A stretch of DNA of 64,000 bases. Origin: Heptranchias perlo (Eukaryota). Each line of letters opens with the position of its first letter. Positions within the stretch are counted from its first letter, which is position 1. Under the pieces are notes generated by a model. It did no database searches. It saw only the letters and a list, made by a program, of their open reading frames with translations, and was not told the DNA's origin. Made by a program: the position numbers and the translations under genes. Below, one piece after another: positions 61,398 to 64,000 of this stretch. The stretch spans positions 9,052,001 through 9,116,000 of the forward strand of contig NC_090332.1 in assembly GCF_035084215.1 (NCBI RefSeq). Direction: 5' to 3'.

Positions 61398-61600
61398 GGT
61401 GAGTCCTCGTCCCCGGGTCCGGCCTCCCTCCGCTCGGCGGTTCCGCTCCGTCCCTGCAGCAACCTCCGTCCCTCGCTCGCCAGCCTCGAGGCGCCGCGCA
61501 GACTCACTGCGGGTCAGCGGCGTGCTACCGTAAATCCCAGTGTGTGCGCGCAACGGCGGATATATCAATCCGCTGGCTGGCTGGCAAACTTGCATTTATA
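60290..61600. promoter_or_regulatory. CpG island / promoter of HNRNPU
   Basis: Very GC- and CpG-rich stretch covering exon 1 and its flanks, against a CpG-poor background. Confidence 0.85.
60455..61397 (-). CDS. HNRNPU: HNRNPU coding exon 1 (SAP domain plus acidic low-complexity region)
   Basis: CTCACCATG start, [18 protein letters not shown]...PHHSSK-G, donor AAG|GTGGGC in phase 1. A weaker same-phase donor CGA|GTAAAG lies 6 nt earlier. Confidence 0.92.
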
Positions 61601-62455
61601 TAGCGCCTTTTAAACGTAGTGAAAACGTCCCACCCTGCTTCACAGGAGCGATTATCAAGCGAAATTTGACGGCCAGCCACATAAGGAGATGTTAGGACAG
61701 GTGACCCAGCAGCTTGGTCAAAGAGGTGGGTTTTAAGGAGCGTGGTAAAGAGAGAGAGAGAGAGGGGGGGGCGCCGGGTGGGAATTCCGGAGCTGAGGGC
61801 ACGGCCGGGGCGATTAAAGCCAGGAACGTGCAAGAGGCCAGAATTGGAGGAGCGCAGCGATCGCGGAGGGCTGTAGGAGGTTACAGGGATAGGGAGGGGC
61901 GAGTCCGTGGAGGGATAAGAATTTTGAAATCGAGGCGTTGCCAGACTGGGAGTCGATGTAGGTCAGCGAGCACAGGGGTGGTGGGTGAACAGGACTTATT
62001 CCGAGTTAGGATACGGGCAGCAGAGTTTTGGATGAGCTCAAGTTGATGGAGGGTGGAATATGGGAGGGCGGCTAGGAGAGGATTGGAAGAGTCAAGTCTA
62101 CAGATAACAAAGGCATAGATGAACTGAGACGGGCAGTGTTACGGAGGTGGAAGTGGGAGGTCTTGGTGATTGAGCGGAAGTTCATTTCAGGGTCAAGTAG
62201 GACACCAAGGCTGCGAACGGACTGGTTCAGCCTCAGACAGTAGCCAGGGAGAGGGATGGTGCCATTGGCTAGGGAACAGAGTTTGTGGCGGGGACCAATG
62301 ACAATGGCTTTGGTCTTCCCAATATGTAGTTGGAGGAAATTTCTGCTCATCCAGTACTGGATGTTGGATAAGTAGCATAACAAATCAGAGACAGTGGAGG
62401 GGTCGAGAGAGGTGGTGAGGTAGAGCTGGGTGTCGTCAGTGTACATATGGAACCT
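61588..62455 (-). mobile_element. L2 LINE 3' fragment directly upstream of HNRNPU
   Basis: YTDDTQLYL..WMSRNFLQLHIGKT..VRSLGVLLD (RT), tail GGCGCTATATAAATGCAAG. Confidence 0.9.
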
Positions 62456-62479
62456 GACTGGGTTGCCCCAGTGTCACCA

Positions 62480-62790
62480 AACAAAAGTGCCCCCCTTTTT
62501 ATAGGGGCACAACTAATAAAGAACTTAACCACAAAACCAAAAGAAACTTATAAAACTTAAATGATAATGTTATTATCATTATCCGCTCTACACTTCATTC
62601 CCAGCGGTGCCCACCGGTCGCGGAAGGCCTTAAGCATACCTATGGATGTGCTCCTTCTCCTGGGCCAACCAGGCGCGGACAAGACTGCAGGAGAGAGGCA
62701 GGCAGCCAGAGTGACTCCCCCAGGCGGGTCGCATCCAACCTGGACTTGTAGATGGCCACCTTGGCCAGGCCCAGGAGCAGTCAAGCCACT
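62480..62790 (-). mobile_element. Tx1-like (L1 clade) non-LTR retrotransposon 3' end
   Basis: Frameshifted LLLGLAKVAIYKSR..CLPL..LKAFRDRWAP..* followed by a T-rich 3'UTR and terminal hairpin GTGCCCC..GGGGCAC. Confidence 0.65.
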
Positions 62791-63214
62791 TCTGTAGCAC
62801 TGTCAAGACATAAATCACTGCACCCAAGACACCTCTGGCGACACTAGTCATTGTGTGTCTAAAGCACTCTCTGGAGACATGAATCACTGTTTACAAGGTG
62901 CCTTTGGTGACATCAGTCACTGTGTATGTAAAGCACTGTCTGTCTGCAGACACCAGTGCCCAGGGTTCCATCTTTGGCTCCTTCCTATTCCTCATCAACA
63001 TGCTTCCTCTCAGATCATCTGTAGGAATGAGACTAGCTTCCATAGTATGTTGATGGTAGCCCACTCTACTTCTCTACCATCACCCTTAACCCCTCTGTCT
63101 TCTGATGTTGTTCAACGTCAAGTTGTGGATGAGCCAGAACCTTTTCCCTTTTTAGGTAAGGGTATCAAGAGATTTGGATCAAAGGTGGGTAAATGGAGTT
63201 GAGGTACAGATCAG

Positions 63215-63595
63215 CCAAGTCATTTATAAATATAGTGAAAAGCTGTGGCCCCAGTACAGATCCCTGGGGACACCACTAGTCACATCCTGCCAATGTGGGT
63301 ACATACCCATTATCCCTACTCTCTATCTCCGACCTCCTAACCAATTCCCTATCCAAACCAATAGGTTGCCTCCAGTTCCATGCACTCTCATTTTTTGTTA
63401 GTCTCTTGTGTGGAACCTTGCCGAATGCCTTCTGGAAGTCCATATAAAAAATATCCATAGACACTCCCTTATCTACCACGTTAGTTACCTCCTCAAAAAA
63501 TTCAACAAGGTTCTTTAGACATGACAACTTACCATTTACAAATCCATGCTGGATCTCACTGATCAACTTATAATTGTCCAAATGCTCAGTCACTC
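63215..63595 (-). mobile_element. CR1 RT fragment
   Basis: QHGFVNGKLSCLKNLVEFFEEVT..YMDFQKAFGKVPH. Confidence 0.88.
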
Positions 63596-64000
63596 ACTCG
63601 GATTTCTTCCGGTGTCCTGGCCAATATTTATCCCTCAACCAACATTGCTAAAAACAGATTACCTGGACATTTATCTTGTTTGTGGAACCTTGCTGTGCAC
63701 AAATTGGTTGCTGCGTTTCCCTACATTACAACCATGATGACACTTCAAAAGTACTTCATTGGCTGTGGTGCTTTGGGATGTCTTGAGGTCACAAAAATTA
63801 CAATAAAAATGTTATTTTTCCTTTCTTTCATAATAGTGTACACAAGGTTACCTAGCAAGTAGCATCCAGAATTGGCTCAGTGGCAGGAAGCAAAGGGTAA
63901 TGGTCGACGTGTGTTTTGGTAGGTACATTGCCAAAATCTAATCTAGATAACAGGGCTGGTGATGATATTCTCCGGATAGTGAGAAACTAAGAACTCACTT

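Noticed and set aside
61398-61595. 66-aa N-terminal extension in the 464-aa ORF call
   Set aside because: The upstream ATG lies in the L2 tail. Homology and Kozak context begin at 61397, and the ORF tail below 60455 is intron read-through.
60465-61613. 382-aa plus-strand ORF and other overlapping ORFs opposite HNRNPU exon 1
   Set aside because: Shadow frames of a GC-rich, triplet-repeat exon that naturally lacks stop codons. No ATG start for the long ORF and no recognisable domain.

Overview
Vertebrate nuclear DNA, most likely from a cartilaginous fish (shark-type repeat landscape; inferred). Three spliced protein-coding genes can be reconstructed by hand. (1) A complete 14-coding-exon HNRNPU/SAF-A on the minus strand (61397 to 42847, about 934 aa). 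(2) A complete 4-exon COX20 on the plus strand (28410-32491, 120 aa), convergent with HNRNPU as in human. (3) The first three coding exons of a TSPAN33-like (TspanC8) tetraspanin on the minus strand (15948 to 2753), divergent from COX20 and apparently running off the left edge. The rest is a dense layer of mobile elements, often nested: CR1, L2 and a poly(A)-tailed CR1/L2-group LINE, Tx1 and Penelope remnants, Deu-type and AmnSINE2-like SINEs, a two-gene PIF/Harbinger deletion derivative, a Tigger/pogo derivative, and hAT/Harbinger-type MITEs. I found no convincing wholly new system. The best leads are a possibly non-mammalian TspanC8 paralog next to COX20, candidate regulatory splicing features in HNRNPU (a duplicated exon-7 acceptor, a 22-nt poison exon, a 3'UTR intron), an L2 tail abutting the HNRNPU promoter, a local 230-bp templated duplication, and a degenerate hammerhead motif in a Penelope end. 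Repeat boundaries are approximate, and family names and human comparisons come from recall rather than database searches.
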